Below, in pieces: positions 30,955 through 47,667 of a stretch of 64,000 nucleotides of DNA. Position numbers and translations under genes: made by a program. Under the pieces are notes generated by a model. That model was not told the DNA's origin and made no database searches. It saw only the letters and a program-made list of their open reading frames with translations. Source of the DNA: the human T2T-CHM13v2.0 reference genome, Homo sapiens. Location: assembly GCF_009914755.1 (NCBI RefSeq), contig NC_060925.1; one strand, 5' to 3'. The stretch's first letter is position 1. Each line of letters begins with the position of its first letter.

Positions 30955-31522
30955 TTATGGATCAATAAAAGTGTACCTTTTCCCTGCCTGATTTTGGATG
31001 AAACTGGAAGAGATACAAGAATCAGAGAAATGGAGGTCAAAATATTACCTTTATTACTGATAAGTCTAATTGAAAAATGTAGCCTTAAATCTGCAACTAA
31101 ATGGACTTGCTAATTCTTCCTTCCAGAATATAGGGAAGAATTACTAACCAGTAACTGTCACAGCTAGACAAGCACAGACTTCCTCCACAGGGGTAAGAAC
31201 AGCCCAGATTGCATGTTTTCTGCAAGTGGACAGACTTAACAAAAAGTGCCTCAGCCAGAAATGACCGAGCTTCATTCCTTCTCCTAAATTCTCTTATGGA
31301 ATTAGTCACTTCTCTTTTCCTGGGAATGAGTAAATAATGTATAGAGAGAGGCCAGAAGTGTTAATTTAGCAGAAGTTATTTCTGTAAAGGTTCACAAAAA
31401 GGGAGGAGTAAGTTTTCCCTGACAGTATACATACAGTCACTTATGGAAAGGTGGCATTTCAAATAATTGAGCTTCAGCTTAACTATGGAGGCCTACTGAA
31501 AAGGAAAGCGGGAACTGGATTA

Positions 31523-31903
<381 letters not shown>

Positions 31904-32293
31904 TTAAAGAGATTGTATAATGTTAGCAAGCATCTAGGTTATGGTAGTGATCAATATGTCAATCTCAAGTTTTAATGTAAATAGGTTGCCTTCTATGTTT
32001 GGTGAACAGCTGAAATCCTAGGCTATCTAGTCATCATCCTTCTGGGAACTACTATCACCTCACTCCTATGTCAGATCTCCTGTTCAATGTATTTTATTGT
32101 CTTCTTCTTTTTTGTTTCACAGTTGGTTTTGGTTGAGCACATCCTTGACTTCTTGAAAAAATATACAGGAGGGGTAAATTATTTTGATACTTTGCATATA
32201 TGAAAATGTCTTTATTCTACCATCATACTTGACATTTGGTTGGATGTAGTATCTAGACTGGAAATTATTTACCTTCTAAATTTTGAAGGCAGT

Positions 32294-32666
32294 TGTATTA
32301 GTCCATTTTCATGTGGCTATGAGGACATACCCAAGGGTAATTATAAATTAAAATTAAAAATTACCAAGGGTAATTTATAAAGAATTTTAATTGACTCACA
32401 GTTCCACATGGCAAGGGAGGCTTCACAGTCATGGTGGAAGGTATGTCTTGCATGGCAGCAGGTGAGAAAAGCGAGTGACGAGCGAAGGGGGAAGCCCCTT
32501 ATAAAACCATCAGATCTCATGAGAACTCACTCACTATCAAGAATAACATGAAGGTAACCACCCCCGTGATTCAATTATCTCCACCTCTTCCCTCTCACAA
32601 CATGTAGGAATTATGGGGATTAAAATTCAAGATGAGATTTGGGTGGGAACACAGCCAAGCATATCA
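32294..32666 (-). mobile_element. THE1 solo LTR inside an old L1 fragment
   Basis: tgtattagtcc...catatca; 5-bp TSD gcagt. Confidence 0.93.
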
Positions 32667-33827
32667 GCAGTGTTCCATTACATTCTTGTTTCCAACCAGT
32701 CTGATGTCTTGTTCTCTACACTGACCTATTTATTTTTCTCTCTGGTAGTTTGTGGACATTTTCTGTCCCCCACATTTTAAAATTTCATTTATTGGTAATA
32801 TGCTGGCACTTGTTGTTCCCCTTCAATCTTCCAACTTTTGACTTTCAAGTCTGAGAGGTTTTACTGAATTATCTCCTCCCCTCCATTTTCTATTTTAGGA
32901 ACCATTATTGACTATTGAACTTTCTGGATTGGTCCTCTAATTTTATTGTTTCTCTTAGATTTTCCATCTCTTTGTTTTTCTTCTCTACTTCTTGGAATTT
33001 TTTTTTTGTTATCTTCCAAACATTTTATTAAGCTATCAAGATCTTTTTATTCTTTGGATTTTTTTTTAAAGAACATTCTGTTCTTGTTCCATGAATGCAA
33101 CAGATTCTGACAGCGTTTGCTCAATTTTAGGAGCATTTCTGTGGAGGGACACGTCAGAACTACCTACTCTGCCATTTTTGTTGCATCATCCTGGAACTAT
33201 TTTTTTTAGTTGATATTCCTGAGGTAGCTAAGTAGACACTAATGTCACCTACAAATAATGACTATTTGTTTTTGAATCCTTATAAATATTAGTATCTTAT
33301 ATCTGTTGCTGTGTTACTGCAATAGTTGGAACTGCCAAAACAAACTTGAAGAGTTACTGTGATAAGTGACACTATGTTCTGGTTCTTATATTTAATAGAT
33401 CACAGCAATTATTATCTCTAGTGGTTCACCTGAAAGCAAAAATTTTGCTTTTTATTTTAAATATTTTATCAAGAAGATCCATACCATTCCTGTACAGATA
33501 ATTTCATCAGGAATGAAGTCTGAATTGCATCAACTGCTCTTTTTGGCATTTACCGTTCTTGTTTTACATTAAACCTATAAATATGATTTTGTAATGATGA
33601 ATCATAGCTTTCCTGATATTTAATAATCTTTATACTCCTAGAATAAGTTGTTGCTATAGGGATTCCTAATGCCTTGAGGGTTCAAATTTATACTACTATA
33701 TTTTTAATTTTTCCACATATCTATGAGATTAGTCTATATTTTCTTTGTAATGTTTTGTTAACCTTGTTTTAAAAACTACAAAATATCCTCATATTTTATA
33801 TGACTTGGAGCAATTTAAATAACATGG

Positions 33828-34700
<873 letters not shown>

Positions 34701-34884
34701 TCACATTTACAGAATAAACCTCTAAAGTAATTTGACCTTGATCTAGGCCATTTTAAAATGGTATTTTTGATAAAATTTTCCCATTTCTTTGAGTTAATGT
34801 ATAATTCTATTACTTCTTGGGGAGTGTTGATAATTTTGAGTTCCATAAAGAATCATTCTTTTTTTATTTTCAAATATTTTAGCA

Positions 34885-35072
34885 TAAAGTTACATACAGT
34901 AATCCATTTAAAATATTTAAACCCTTTACTTTTGGAAAAAAATATGAATAGGTTTCCTAATATGAATTGGAAACCTAAAGTTACATACAGTAATCCATTT
35001 AAAAATATTTAAACCCTTTACTACATATTAATATTTGGAAAAAATATGAATAGGTTTCTTAATATGAATTGG
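34885..35072. repeat. Imperfect tandem duplication (86 bp and 97 bp copies)
   Basis: taaagttacatacagtaatccattt...aatatgaattgg occurs twice. Confidence 0.95.
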
Positions 35073-35666
35073 TTAAGGACTAGAAAAAGTTACTAAATAT
35101 CATCTAGGAATTCACTTTTCTGGGTCCATCCAAGTTTGCACCAATTAAGAAACTGACAAGGAATAAAACAGAGATCAAAATTACCTTTATTACTGATAAT
35201 GTTTAGATTGGCTGATACAGTTTAGATGTGCAGCAACAATGAGCTTGATAACCACAGGCCTAACAATGTTGAGTCCTCCCCCTATAAAATTTATAGCATG
35301 GAGAAACCAATCAGAATTTGTATTCCTTTCTGCCAGCAGGCTACTAGAAGAGGGAAAGCAGGGGAATAACCGTACATCCCCATGTATGGTTATTTACCAA
35401 TCAAGTAAGTCATACCTCCACTCCTAAGTAGGAATGAGTGAGAGAATAGAAAGAGATGGAGATAAAGATATCCACTCATGTTCTTCCACATAAAAGAAAA
35501 CATTAGGAGTAAGGAATAAATGCTCTCACCAATAAGATGTATGTATGTTCTTTGATTAAAAGCAATGATTAATTTTTTTGCTAGGGGTTTGTTCTGTTAA
35601 TCTTTTGTAAAAACTAGCTTATAGTTTTGCTGCATAATAAAGGCAATTAAGAATAAAACCGGCCAT

Positions 35667-36284
<618 letters not shown>

Positions 36285-36379
36285 AAAAATATAACTTTGC
36301 TTGTAATTACTTCTTTGGCTACACCCTACAGATTTTGGCTATGCAATGTGCTCAGGGTTGTTAATTTGTACACAGTGAG

Positions 36380-36560
36380 AGGTGGTAAGTATAGTAGTTA
36401 AGTGCACAAGCTCTAGAACCAGAACAGTTAGCAAACTTCTCTTTGCCTGTTTCCTCATCTATAAAATGGGGAAGCATAATAGTATCTACCTCATAGGGTT
36501 GCTGTAAAAATTAAACCAGTTAATACATGTGAAGGACATAGTGTCTGACACATTTAAAAT
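36380..36560 (+). mobile_element. MIR
   Basis: tgtttcctcatctataaaatgggg..tacctcatagggttgctgt. Confidence 0.8.
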
Positions 36561-36874
36561 GTTAATAGTTATGGCTGATATTCTTTGTGACATAGTAAAT
36601 AATCAGTTTATATAAACGTTTAAAGAGTATAAAGTTCTATGATATAGTATGCATAAAAACCAAGATGAATAATTATGTTATTCAAATCTATATATTTATT
36701 ACTTAACATGTCAAATTCTGAAAGCTATAGAACACAGTGTCCAACTACTGTTGTGGTTTGGCCAAATTATTTTTATTTTTGCTTTATACATTTCAATATT
36801 CACTTGTCGATTGACAGACTCAAAAAATGTATATTAGAACATTATAGTTTATCAAGCAGAATGATAGAAATTAC

Positions 36875-37014
36875 CTTTATCTTCCATTATGATTTTATCA
36901 CATTGAACATCTTTATTCTTTGGTGCTCCATTGAAAGTCTGCATCATCCTTTCAACATATAGGTCATTGCCTAATCTGTTTCTACAAAGGACTTCATAAT
37001 TCTTGTTTCTCTGA
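36875..37014 (-). CDS. DNAI4: DNAI4 coding exon (approx. exon 6), 140 nt, QRNKNYEVLCRNRLGNDLYVERMMQTFNGAPKNKDVQCDKIIMEDK
   Basis: Acceptor ttttacag|T, donor AAAG|gtaatt; lies within ORF 36852..37043; phase 2 to 1. Confidence 0.96.
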
Positions 37015-37269
37015 CTGTAAAAAATAAAGTGTATCCAACTCATTAATAAGAATCATCACCACACGTATTATCTCTTTATATTATTCTTTTCCCTAAAATT
37101 ACTTTCCTTAATGTGGCTTGCACCAAAAAGTGAAGTGAGACTTCAAAAAAAGCCTTAGGAAAAGACTGCACTAAATGACCTCCAGAGGACTCTTTTATAC
37201 TGTGTCTATTTCCCAACATCCCTACTACTATCGGTACCTTATCAATAACATGCTAGTACTAACTCCATG

Positions 37270-39450
<2,181 letters not shown>

Positions 39451-39869
39451 TGTTTTATAGTCCAAACCATATTATAATATTTTAGATTTTGAGAAGGAAT
39501 AATACCCTAAAATTATTTTAGTGATGGAGTTTTTAGTACTATAAATCCTATTCAAATAATACTTTAGGTAAAATAATCAGAATAACTATTAATAATCTAC
39601 TTATAGTAGCTATATTAATTTTAGATGGAGGAGAGCGGAACAAGAAAAATTATTAGGGATAAAGAGGGATAGTACAAAATGATAAAGGGGTCAATTCTTC
39701 ATGAAAACATAACAATCCTTAAATGTGTATCTGCCTAACAACAGACTGTCAAAATACTTGAGACCAAAACTAACTCTATTTATATTCATTAATAAAGAGA
39801 AATGGAAAACTTCTCTAATATAGTAAATTCATTTATTTACCCATATTTTGCCTTCCTAAGTTTTAAATA

Positions 39870-39908
39870 TTAGGTTGGTGCAAAAGTAATTGCGGTTTGG
39901 CTATTACT
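39870..39908 (+). mobile_element. Half MADE1 (Hsmar1 MITE terminal inverted repeat)
   Basis: ttaggttggtgcaaaagtaattgcggttt..ctattact. Confidence 0.88.
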
Positions 39909-40285
39909 ATAAAAATGTCATTTCTTTCTTTTTAAATTGAAAATGATTTATATATGTATAAAAGTAAAAATAATTAAAACCTATATAGAGACTTGGAAGC
40001 TTATTCTGTTATTTGGCTTAGAAGTTCGCCTAATTATTTAAAAATATGGTAAAGCTATGGGCTCTTCCTCTAGAAAAATTTACACACAACATAAACATGA
40101 ACATAAAAGTTCACATGGCACTTATATAACTTTGTATATAATTTTGTAGGGAATATACAGTCTCCCCCCAAACCCCATAGTGTATACCCCAGAACCCCCA
40201 AGGACCCTTCACAGAAACAAGGATAAGAACCCTTGGCTTAGCATTTGAATTACAGAAACAATGTAGACAACTGAACCATACATAC

Positions 40286-40442
40286 GTTACTTTCTCAGCT
40301 TCTTCAGATTCTACAGAGACCATGACTGTGGGCAAGTCAAAAAATCTCAGTGTTTCTGTCTCTGTGAGTATTATCTCTATATTCTTCTCCAGGTCTTCTT
40401 TTGTTACAATTTTTTCAGGTGCTGCCCTTATAACTTGCAAAT
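40286..40442 (-). CDS. DNAI4: DNAI4 coding exon (approx. exon 5), 157 nt, DLQVIRAAPEK...SEEAEKVT
   Basis: Acceptor ttttag|AT, donor GTAAC|gtatgt; lies within ORF 40111..40470; phase 1 to 2. Confidence 0.96.
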
Positions 40443-42887
40443 CTAAAATACATGACTTAATTAAAATCATTTACTAATTGCTATTTTTAATTTGCATTTT
40501 TCCTTCTAGTCACCAATATACCATAATGGGTAATATATTGCAGGTGGTTTATATAGTCAAGGAACAGGCCAGGTTGTGAGATGTAGTATATTCAACCTTT
40601 CTGAAGCCAAATTGGATCTTGTAGGCCATAAACAGCCTTCTTGCTGACATAACAAGCCTACCCCAGTCTAATACCAATAGTCATAACTCTAAGGGTATTC
40701 CATTATAACTATCCCACAATATTAATTGGGAACTGGGGTTAGCAACTGTTGGTACTACTCAAGAATATGGAGGCAAGTATATTTAGGGGGCATAATAAGC
40801 AACACTTCTTTGAGCCGTGAAGTTAACTTCTAATTCGTTGCTTTAGCAAACTTTTATCCTTCATTTGCCCTCCTTATTAGCTGTCTTTTAATTTAGATGT
40901 CATTCCACCTCTAATCATCTTCACCAGGGGTAAAGACTCTACTATATTAGTCCTGGTTGACTATAGAAATAAAATTGGAACCAATGTCTATGCAAATAAT
41001 AGAGTGAAAATAATTGGCCATAAACCTTTAGGACAGTCAGAACTTGATCCAAGGTCCTTGGAAAATTCCATTGAGAATTGAGTTTCACAGCTGGGAGAGT
41101 TTGGAATTGGTTATGTGGGTAACAGCCATGAGAAAGTATATAAGTGAGAGTTCAATGTTTTCTATCAACAACAGGGTATACAGCAGACATTCATGAGCCT
41201 TTGGGATAGGTAAAGCTTGGACAGCTTTAGGAAAACTTAAAAACGTCTCAGTCTCCTCTTAAAAAGGTTCAGAGCTGAGAAAAACACCTTCCTTATAATC
41301 TAAAAAAAAACAAGTTATTAATTCCAAAAACCAATCATCAACATTTTTAATGACTAAATAAATTATGATATACCATCTATGACTAATAAATAGTAAGTAA
41401 TGTAATAATACAAATTTTTGAAAATATGTTCTAAAATGTTAAATGACAGAGCAGCCCAGAACATGATCTGTACTATGGTAATAAGAATGTAAAATATTAT
41501 GCAGATAAACAAGGTCAGGAAACAGAAAATTTTAAGTTGCAAATCTTCTTTAGTTTTGGGTGATTCTTCTTTTTTAAAAATATTCTTTAATTTTTTTCTA
41601 TTTGTGTAATAAATTTTAAAAATAAGTAAAAGATTTTATTTATATAAGTAAATTTGACTAAGACAGACAAAATGAGTAAAGAAGTAAATGAGTTATCCAC
41701 AAGAACAAAATTTGAGGTACATGTAGTCCAAACTTTTTGTCAATGAAGAAAATAAAAAACAGAGGTTAAGTGAAAAGTCCACACAGGAATACTAACAATT
41801 TTAAGGCTAGCGATTTAGGCTCTTGATTCTCTGAGGTTTCTTACTGTTAGACCACCAGATCTTCCTTTGCAATTTAGTTATATAAACTTCAAAGTAACAT
41901 TGTGGCACAGACATGCTAATTATAAAAATAAATGATCTTATATTAGATAAATTACATATATAGAACCTAATATGGTAACATCTCAGTTATTACGGTTGGG
42001 AAAAGTAATAGTCTAGTCAACCTTCTTGATGGCAGAGGACTTACCATTCATAGACAAAGCCCTAGGATGGCAAATAGGATTTTTGCCTGGAGTTCTGTAT
42101 CACCCATTTCCTAAATGTTGCTTGAATTTACTATATGTTCAGAAACTACCCCCAAACCACACTCTTTACCTATAGAATCTGCCTATTTCATGGGTCAGAT
42201 CCCCTAACTTTAGACTGGCTGTACCACAGATTTTGAGTACACCTCTCTCTCCACCTAGAAAAGAATCACAATTCTATCAATCTGTTTTGCCTGCTCCTCT
42301 TGACTGCCAATGATGGAGGGAACATCTACACTCCTAAAGGTTCTTCCCAGAGGAGGGAGCTCCAGCCTAGTATGACAATCATGGCTCCTCTCCACACCTT
42401 TACTCATGAATCCCCTTGAGAGGGTTAGGAGAGTCCTGAAGTGGTCTAGAACCTTTCGTGAATGGGTGGGTAAGTCTGTCAAATGTGAGGGTTTAACAGG
42501 GGACTTTTATCCATAATGTGATATTTTGGCTCCAATTCATCATATTTACCCTTATCATATTTTTCAATTAATTCAGAACAGGGTGAGGAAAAGGGATGCA
42601 ATTGTTTGGCTATTCTCAGAGACCCCAGTAGAGAACAACCTATGAAGCCTTCCTTGGCCTCTACTTTAGCTTCAATGGGCCCAATACAATTACAGCATAA
42701 TTGAGTCACAAAAGCAGTTTATTCTTCCTCCCTTCTCCTCACTTGTCAAAAGTATCTATTAGTGACTTATTTATTAACTGAGAGCATCCAGAGACAACCT
42801 GTGCATGAGATGCTGTTTGGCCCCTACCTTGCAATTAAAACCACAAACTTTTCTAAGCACAAAACTCCTTCTAGTTATATGGTAAAG

Positions 42888-42968
42888 CAATGGTTCTCAA
42901 ACTTTACCCTGCAACAGAATCACCCAAGGGCTTAGCAATAATTGCTTGGACTTACCTCTAGACTTTTT
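42888..42968 (+). mobile_element. MER5A left part (appears to continue at about 52950-52990)
   Basis: caatggttctcaaactt..cagaatcacc; right part ttcagtaggtctggg. Confidence 0.7.
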
Positions 42969-45378
42969 TTCAACATTTGGTAAACTTTGTATTTTAGAAT
43001 AGTTTTAGGTATACAGAAGAGTTGTAAGAATAATTAGAGTTTCTGTATACCCTATATCCAGTTTTCCCTATTGTTAATATTACTTTGGTACATTTAGTAC
43101 AACTACAATATTGCTATTTTATCATCATATAAAGTCCATATTTTATTCTAATTTCCTTAAATTTAACTAATGTCATTTTTCTCTTCCAGGATCTCATCCA
43201 AGACACCACATTACATTTAGTCATGATGTCTCCTTACGGCTCTCTACACTGTGACAGTTTCTCAGAATTTCCTTGTTTTTGATGACTTTGAGAGTTTTGA
43301 AAAGCAGCAGTCATGTATTTTGTAGAATGTCCTTCAATTTGTGATTTTCTGATGTTAAACAAGTGTTATGGGTTTCTGGGAGGAAGACTACAGAGGTAAA
43401 GTGTCATTCTCATCATATCATATCAAAGATACATGCTAACATCATAACTTATCATTGATGGTGTTAATCTTGGCCACCTGTCAATATCCTCTGCTTTAAA
43501 GTTATTTTCCCCCCTCTCTCTTTTACATATTGTACTGTTTAGAAGAAAGTCAACATGCAAAGCCCATACTTGTAGAATGGGAAGTTAAGATCCACCTTCT
43601 TGAGGGAAGAATATCTATATAATTATTTGGAATTCTCGTGTAAAAAGATTTTTCTATTCTCTCCTCTTCATTTATTCAATATTAGTTTGTGTTACTATGA
43701 ACTCATGCGTATTTATTTTATAATTTGGGTTATAATCCAATTCTACAATATTTATTTTGTTGTTGAAATTGTTCTACCTTTTGCCATTGTGAGCTCTTTC
43801 TGTTGGCTGCTAGGTTCCTCTCAAATACCCCTTTTTGTTGTTTGTTTATTGTAGAGTTTTGTTCTATTTTGTTTTGTTTGAGCACTTCTTTACTTGCTGG
43901 CTCATCTTGTATCCATGCACCAACTCTAGAATCAGGCATTTCTTCAAAGAGCCCTAGTTGCTTTTATTAGAGAATGGAATTAGAAACCAAAATCTGAGCA
44001 CTGAGAGTGCTTGCTGCTTCTGGGGTATCATTACTTCTAGGCTTTCTTAGTGGACAGAGCTAAGAAATATTTGTATGTATACTAACTTGTATATACAAAC
44101 ATATCTATACATCTATGTTCATCTATATCTCTATTAAGCTAAACATGAGTTTATATTAATGTTTTTGACACTTGTTCAATACCACATAAATAATTCTAGC
44201 TTCCCTTCTTGCTTTCTGTAATCTCCCACTCCAACAATGGTGAGTTCCTACCATCTGCCCTCCAATTACTTACATGTTCAATCCCAGTATGCATGTACAA
44301 TGATTCAGAATTATTAACCAATACCCCCATGGGAAGTGACTATAAACTAGAGTGTTTATTTGCAGTTCCTTTTGTCTTTAATCTTATAGCCTCTACTCAT
44401 TTTCAATATTATTTAGGTATATACCCTTTCCTCCCACTCCTTCTGGAGGGTTATATTATACATTTGTAAGGCAGTTTGATTCTTTTGTTACAGTCTGTAT
44501 TCCATTGTAGGATCCTCGTATTTCTTAATTGTGATTTTAAAAAACCTCCCACATTTTAAGTCTCACTTTTTGTGTTGTAATATTCTTTGGGTTTTAGTAA
44601 AGGCATGGTGCTATGTATCCACCATTATAGTATCTATACAGAATAGTTTTACCATCCTAAAAATATTCATTATGCTTCACCTATTCAACTCTCCCTTCTC
44701 TTCAAGGCCCTGCTACCGACCATTGATTTGTTTTCTGTTTCTATAGTTTTGCCTTTCTCTAGACTGTCATATAAGTAGAATCAGACAGGATATAGTCTTT
44801 TCAGACTGGTTTATTTGACTTAGCAATAAGTATTTAAGATTCATCAATCTTGTTGCATGGATTCATAGCTCATTTTTTTATTGCTGAATAATATTCCATT
44901 ATATGGACATGCTATTGTTTATTTATCTGTTCACCACTTAAAAGACATCTTGGTTGCTTCTAGTCTTCTGCATTGATGATTCAGCTGCTAGAAACTTTTG
45001 AGTGGAGATTTTTGTGTGAAGATAAATTTTCAGTTCATTTGGGTAAATACCAAGGAACACAACTGCTTGATGATATGGTAAGAGTATGTTTAGTTTTATG
45101 CGAAATTGTCAAACTATATTCCAAACTGGATGTACCATTGTGCATCCCCACCAGCAAGGAATGAGAGTTCCTATTTCTCCACATCTTTGCCAGCAATTGG
45201 TATTATCAGGTTTTTTTAGCCATTTAAATGCATATGTAGTACTATCTCATTTTTAATTTGTATTTTCCTAATGACATATGAAACTGAGCATCATTTCATA
45301 TGCTTATTATATGCCATCTGTATATCTTTTTTGATGAAGTGTTTGTTCCTATGTTTTGTTCATTTTTCACTGGGTTGG

Positions 45379-47667
45379 TGATATGGTTTGGCTGTGTCCC
45401 CACCCAAATCTCATCTTGAATTGTAACTCCCACAGTTCCCACATGTCATGGGAGGAACCCAATGGGAGGTGATTGAATTAAGGGGGTGGGTCTTTCCTGC
45501 ACTGTTTTCTTGATAGTGAATGAGTCTCACAAGGTCTGATGGTTTTAAAAGCGGGAGTTTCCCTGCACAAGCTCTCTATTTTGCATGCCACCATCCACAT
45601 GAGATATGACTTGCTCATCCTTGCCTTCTGGCATGATGGTGAGGCCTCCCCAGCCATGTGGAACTGTAAGTCCATTAAACCTCTTTTTCTTCCAAGTCTC
45701 AGGTATGTCTTTATCAGCAGCATGAAAATGGACTAATACAGTAAATTGGTACCAGTAGAATGGGGTGCTGCTGTAGACACCCGAAAATGTGGAAGCAACT
45801 TTGGAACTGGATAACAGACAGAGGTTGGAAGAGTTTGGAGGGCTCAGAAGAAGACAGGAAAATGTGGGAAAGTTTGGAACTCCCTAGAGACTTTTTGCAT
45901 GGCTTTGACCAAAATGCTGAGAGCGATACGGACAATACAGTCTAGGCTGAGGTAGTCTCAGATGGAAATGAAGGGCTCGTTGGGAACTGGAGCAAAGGTG
46001 ACTCTTGTTTTAGCAAAAAGAGTGGTGACATTTTGCCTCTGCCTTAGAGATTCGTGGAACTTGAACTTGAGAGAGATTTAGGGTATCTGGCAGAAGAAAT
46101 TTCTAAGCAACGAAGCATTCAAGAGGTGACTTGGGTGCTGTTAAAGGCATTCAGTTTTATAAGGGAAGCAGAGCATAAAAGATTGGAAAATTTACCACCT
46201 GACAATGCAATAGAAAAGAAAATCCCATTTTCTGAAATGAAATTCAAGCTGGCTGCAGAAATGTGGATAAGTAATGAGAAGCCAAATATTAATCACCAAG
46301 ACAATGGGGAAAATGTCTACAGAGCATGTCAGAGGTCTTCATGGCAGCCCCTCGCATCACAAGCCTGGAGGCCTAGGAGGTGAATGTGGTTTTGTGGGCT
46401 GGGCCCAGGGTCCCGGTGTTGTGTGCAGTCTAGGTATTTTGTGCCCTGCATCCCAGCCACTCCAGCCGTGACTAAAAGGGATGAAGGTACAGCTCAAGCT
46501 ATGGCTTCAGAGGGTGGAAGCCCCAAGCCTTGGCAGCTTCCATGTGGTATTGAGCCTGTGAGTGCACAGATGTCAAGAACTGAGGTATGAGAACCTCCCC
46601 CTAGATTTTAGAGGATGTATGGTAACGCCTGGATGCCCAGCCAGAAGTTTGCTGCAGGGGCAGGGCCATCATGGAGAAGCTCTGCTAGGGCAATGCAGAA
46701 GGGAAATGTGGGGTGGGAGCCCCCACACAGAGTCCCTACTGGGGCACTGCCTAGTGGAGCCTTGAGAAGAGGACCACCATCCTCCAGACCCCAGAATGGT
46801 AGATCCACTGACAGCTTGCACCATGTGCCAGGAAAAGCCATAGACACTCACTGCCAACCCATGAAAGCAGCCAGGAGGGAGGCTATACCCTGAAAAGCCA
46901 CAGGGGTGGAGCTGTCCAAGACCATGGGAACCCACCTCTTGCATCAGTGTGACCCGGATGCAAGATACGGAGTGAAAAGAGATCATTTTTGAGTTTTAAA
47001 ATTTGACTGCCCTGCTGGATTTTGGACTTGCATGGGGCCTGTAGCCCCTTTGTTTTGGCCAATTTCTCCCATTTGGATCAACTGTATTTACCCAATGCCT
47101 GTACCCCCATTGTATCTAGGAAGTAACTAACTTGCTTTTGATTTTACAGGCTCATAGGCAGAAGGGACTTGCCTTGTCTCAGATGAGACATTGGACTGTG
47201 GACTTTTGAGTTAATGCTGAAATGACTTAAGACTTGTGGGGATTGTTGGGAAGGCATAATTGGTTTTGAAATGTGAGGACATGAGATTTAGAAGAGACCA
47301 GGGGTGGAATGATATAGTTTGGCTGTGTCTCCACCCAAATCTCATCTTGAATTGTAACTCCCACAATTCCATGTCATGAGAGGAACCCAGTGGGAGGTGA
47401 TTGACTTATGGGAGCAGTTCTTTCCTGTGCTGTTCTTGTAATAGTGAATGCGTCTCAAGAGATCTGATGGTTTTAAAAATGGGAGTTTCCCTGAACAACC
47501 TCTCTTGTTTGCGTGCTGCCATCCATGTGAGATATGACTTGCTCATCCTTGCCTTCCACCATGATTGTGAGGCCTCCCCAGCCATGTGAAATGTAAGTCC
47601 ATTAAACCTCTTTTTCTTCCCAGTCTTGGGTATGTCTTTATCAGCAGGGTGAAAACAGAGTAATACA
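45379..47667 (+). mobile_element. Full-length THE1 (MaLR; THE1B-like): LTR 45379-45740, internal 45741-47309, LTR 47310-47667
   Basis: Two homologous TG..CA LTRs; perfect 5-bp TSD gttgg; internal region begins gtaaattggtacc. Confidence 0.96.

Noticed and set aside
41990-42010. ttacggttgggaaaagtaat resembling the missing second MADE1 arm
   Set aside because: Same orientation as the first arm, short and mismatched; chance similarity cannot be excluded
45760-46986. ORFs in the THE1 internal region (and MST internal 62939-63613)
   Set aside because: Fragmented remnants of the known MaLR internal ORF with multiple stops
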